A stretch of DNA of 64,000 nucleotides, from NCBI GenBank assembly GCA_002269645.1, contig NIVC01001542.1:44815-108814 (forward strand). The letters run 5' to 3'. Positions 60,244 through 64,000 of the stretch are shown piece after piece. The notes beneath the pieces are model-generated. The model saw only the letters and a list, made by a program, of their open reading frames with translations. It was not told the origin of the DNA and did not search any database. The position numbers and the translations under genes are program-made. This stretch comes from Macrostomum lignano (taxonomy: Eukaryota). The first letter of the stretch is position 1. Each line of letters starts with the position of its first letter.

Positions 60244-60879
60244 TTTAGATGTTTAGTTTTCTTTTATCTGCAATAATGAAATTTTATATGGTTTCAACCA
60301 TAATTTTAACAGATATTAATAGATATATATATATAGATATTATAGAACTGAATTCTAGTTTACACTTTTTAAACCTATGCTAAATGTGTCAAGATAGTCT
60401 ATTTTTGCATTTTTGCCTTAGCATCATTTTATCACTGAGAGTATTAAAATGGATGGAGGTTTGCAGAAACAGGAGCCAAATTCTGATAGTCTAACACAGG
60501 CCAATACGCAGATATTAAATGATCCAGCAATGCAAAGATATTTTTTGTAAAGTGGCATGAATGTATGGTATGAGCATTGCAGTTAATGCAATATAGTGCT
60601 TGGTGTATACCACTTTCTGTGGCATTTGGCATAGCCACAGTGCAGCCCTTGGCAAGAATACTTTGCATATGGTATTCTTCAGCATTTGTTGCATAGAAAA
60701 AAAAATTCTATCCATTAGACTTCACCAGTCTATCAATAACCCTTTAAGAACTCTGTGCCATATCTTTAATGCAAGGTCAGCAGACTCTGACCCGCAGGCC
60801 ACATGTGTCCACAAGGTCTCTCTATCTGGCTTTTAGGTCCATTGAAAGTTCACAATAGCAATCTAGCCTGCTCAAGGTT

Positions 60880-61230
60880 TGTGTCTTTTCTAAGTTCTCT
60901 CCTCTCCTTTCTCTCTTCTCTCATCTTGTCTCCTTTTCTCCTTTCCTCTCATCTATTATCTTCTCTCTTCTCTCATCTCTCTTTTCTCCTCTCATCTCTT
61001 ATCACATCTCTTTTCCTCTCTCTTCTCATCTTTTCTCCTCTTTTTTCCTTTCTCTTCTCATCTCCTCTTTTCTATCCTTTCATTGCCTTACCTTTCTCTC
61101 TCTCCTATCTTTATCTTTTCTCTTCTCTCATCATGTCTACCATTTTGGCTCTTATTTCTCCTCTTTTCTGTCATCTCTTATCTCCTCTTTTGTCTTTTCT
61201 CTTAACTATTCCATCTCATTTCCACTCTTA
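60880..61230. repeat. Pyrimidine-rich (TC) low-complexity tract
   Basis: Direct inspection; source of spurious ORF 60803..61273. Confidence 0.8.
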
Positions 61231-62025
61231 TCTAGCCCATAGAAATGACCTAGATTCCTTATCAGGCCCTTGAAGTAAAAAGTTGGTCAACCCTCATTTT
61301 AATGAATATTTACGCATTTTTAGAATTTTAGCAAATAATCTTGGCTAATGGTTAAGCTTTAGCTAACTAAGCTTAAGGTAGCAATAGACTAGCAAAGCTA
61401 ATCAGCCAGTTATCACATGATTAATACAAATTTTTAGCAAGCCATTAGCATTTAATAGTTGAATTTGCACTTGCATTAACAATAACAAACTAATGATAGC
61501 TACCTAAAATAACTGGCTAAGGCTAAGCACTATCTTTATATTCAGTAGTGTTCCGCCGTAAGGAGGGTCCATGTACCGTAGCCGTAGCCGTAAGCAAAAC
61601 TACTGCTTACTCCAATTCTCCGTGTTCCGTAGCCGTAGGGACCCCGAAATTACCATATTTCCGTAGTTCCCGTAGCCGTAGCCGTAGCCGTAGTTTTAAC
61701 AAAAAGTCTACAAAACAAAACATTTTGACTCAAGAAGATAACCTAGTGCTTAAACAACTGCAAATTAAATTAGAAAATAAAAGAAACACTTAATTGTCTT
61801 TGTAATATTATATTTTGTCTTTTTTCAGAGCAACAATACTTAATCGTTATTGAAAGTACTAACGCTAGACTGTTTCACATTAATAAAAATTGGAGTTTGC
61901 TAGTGTTTTATTGTACTTTTTTAGGTATATTTTATAAGTTTCTAGGTTTATAATATAGTTTACTAAAAGTATCTTTGTTTTACTCTACCTGTTTCGAATA
62001 TTTTTTCAATTTTTAACATTAATAA

Positions 62026-63000
62026 TGTGGTAGGGCGATCTACCACTGACCGACGAACGTGATGACGCCGTGTGGTGACACTTGCTCATGACTCTCTGTT
62101 TTTCCGTCACTCGGTGCGCCGTCCCTTGCCCCATCCCTCACCCCATCTTTTGCCATTGCTCAATTGTTTGTTAATTCCCGTTTGCGGCTTTAGTGTCGTC
62201 CGCTGCCCCATCGTCTGCCCCATTCCTTGCCCCATCCTTCGCCTTCCTGCCCCATCTGTTGCCCCATCCCTGTCCGGACGACATTGTTTCCCCTATTTAT
62301 AAGACCATTTCGGGCTGCCTTTTGGTTTGTTCGCGCGCGCGCATTTTTTTCCGTATTTGTCGTTTTTCCTCGTGTAAACTCCGTGGTTTGTGCTCGTTCA
62401 TTAGTGTTTGTGTTTATCCAGTTTCTGTTTAGTGTTTATAGTTTTTGCCTCTGCTAAGTAAGTTTTAATAGTTTCGCTTAATAGTTAGTCGTTCGGCACC
62501 CGGCACCGGCCGTGGACATCTTGTGAAATTAATATTTTTCTCTAATAACTACCGCCTGCGCAATTAACAATTGAGGCAGAATCCTTATAAACTATTTAAA
62601 CTATAAAACTATAAACTATTTATAAAGTTTAGTTTATAGTTTAGTTTAAACTATAAACTATTTATAAACTATTTAATCCTCCGACCCTAAGGAAGCCGTA
62701 CAGGCTAACAATAGACATTAGGCATTAAGAGATTAGGTATTAGGGAAGTAGATTAGTTACCGCTAGACAACCTTGATGCCCGGAAAACGCTAGACTTTCG
62801 GACTGAACTAGGGAATTAGACAGTGTCTTACCACTCGGGCACTACACGCTATCACAAGGTTTTCTAAGAAATCGTGTGAGTTAGGAATTCCTAGGAAAAA
62901 TTCATAGTTTTGAATATTTAAAGTAGAAATTTAGTAATTTTAGACAGACAACTAGGTCTGCAGCACGTGAAATAATAGGACAGGAGTTTCCCCTGGAACA
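62026..63000 (+). mobile_element. 5' LTR of a Gypsy-type retrotransposon (TG...CA, ~975 bp)
   Basis: Begins TGTGG and ends GGAACA, 3 nt before the PBS. The left edge is inferred from the TG and a composition change only. Confidence 0.6.
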
Positions 63001-63003
63001 ACT

Positions 63004-63014
63004 TGGTGGCAGCG
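63004..63014 (+). promoter_or_regulatory. Primer-binding site TGGTGGCAGCG (complementary to tRNA-Leu-type 3' end CGCUGCCACCA)
   Basis: Canonical TGG start just after the LTR CA and upstream of gag. Confidence 0.7.
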
Positions 63015-63060
63015 TAAAGGGATCAAGAAACCAGCGGAAAACTAACTAGATAAGTGAAAA

Positions 63061-64000
63061 ATGGCAGGAATTAATGACGCACTAGCGTTACTAGCCGAAG
63101 AACTTAGGAATCGTCTAGAAAAGGACGGCAGGCATGTGAGAATTCAGAAGTACACGCCAAGCCAAGACATTAGGATCTGGTTGACAGCTTTTGATCAGAG
63201 GTGTGAATCAGAAGGAATTGAGGAGAATCATAGGAAAACTGAGCTATTAGCTAATTTAGGCTTAGCAACAGCGTTCGCCGTTACACGACTTAATCTGCCA
63301 GAAGATCTAGGGTATGAAGAATTCAAGGAGCACTTGATCGAGAGATTTGGTAGAATAGGAAATGCGTCAGAGTTTGGAAGAGTTTAGAGCAGAATGCAAG
63401 GAAGGAATGAGTCAAAGGACGCTTATGCTGATGCTGATTGAGCTATCAGATAGGGCCTTCCCGAACATGAATGCAGAACAGCGAGGAAGAGATAGTAGAG
63501 CAGTTTATTAAAGGAGTTAGGATTCCGCCAGATACTAGGGAAGTTAATCTTCGCCCAACCTGCGAATCTGCAAGAAGCTAGGCGAATGCTAAGGCGAATT
63601 GAGGCCGCATGGCAACTATCGCACAAAGGAGGTGTTAGGATGATGAAAGGGAGAAGGAGAGCAAGAGAAGAAGCTCCAAGATTTAGTTCAACAGCAGAAG
63701 AGTGAGTTAGAGCAACAGAAGAAGCTGATTCAGGAGCTGATGGTGCACAAGCCACCACCTATGGTTAGACCAGCCATGCCCAGCTCAGATGCCGCGATGG
63801 AATTATCAGCAGCCGCGCAGCTCGAGATTTGCGGCATATTATCAGCCTAGACCTAGGAGAGAGTTTCCGATTCGTCTTATTCGCCGCAGCAGGAAGGTGC
63901 GCCGGGCATTTCAGCCGAGATTTCCGCATATTATCAGCCTAGCCTAGGAGAGAGTTTCCGATTCGCTCTTATTCGCCGCAGCCAGGAAGTGTGCGCAATT
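63061..64000 (+). pseudogene. Degenerate Gypsy gag (stops/frameshifts), element runs off the window
   Basis: IQKYTPSQDIRIWLTAF...GYEEFKEHLIERFG...RMQGRNES..AYADALIEL..RAFP, broken by a TAG at 63385 and by indels. Confidence 0.7.

Noticed and set aside
61545-61700. CCGTAG-rich segment resembling a DNA transposon end
   Set aside because: No matching opposite terminus or TSD in the window.
63825-64000. ~85-bp direct duplication with many 1-nt indels in the Gypsy internal region
   Set aside because: The indel pattern suggests low-quality consensus or decay; not interpretable, and a caution for the other frameshift calls.
1-64000. rRNA, tRNA, snRNA or SL RNA genes
   Set aside because: None recognised. 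The only tRNA-like sequences are the SINE head at 8740 and the PBS at 63004.

Overview
Eukaryotic (metazoan) genomic DNA with GC-rich exons, GT-AG introns and very dense minisatellites. The style (Ala-rich proteins, intronic tandem arrays) suggests a free-living flatworm such as Macrostomum; this is inference, not verified. Gene models were assembled by hand from splice sites and reading-frame phase: a giant ankyrin-repeat protein (-), a secreted PAN/WSC protein, a two-domain Ly6/uPAR-like protein, SCP2, THOC5, POLD1 (9 exons), an orphan EGF+TM exon, PES1, an unknown 98-aa secreted peptide, GADD45GIP1/CRIF1 (mL64, -) and a PARP2-like enzyme with two N-terminal WWE domains (-). Mobile DNA comprises a tRNA-derived SINE plus an inverted tail fragment, several hAT-like MITEs, a near-intact DD34D mariner inside a minisatellite, and a Gypsy LTR/gag at the right end. 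The most notable observations are: (1) most long introns carry their own minisatellite, and POLD1 intron 3 is literally a concatemer of 47-48 nt GT..branch..AG units; (2) the WWE-WWE-WGR-HD-ART PARP architecture; (3) signs of SL trans-splicing/operon organisation, including exons that lack an ATG. Single-base frameshifts (PARP, mariner, gag) may be long-read consensus errors. Repeat boundaries are approximate.
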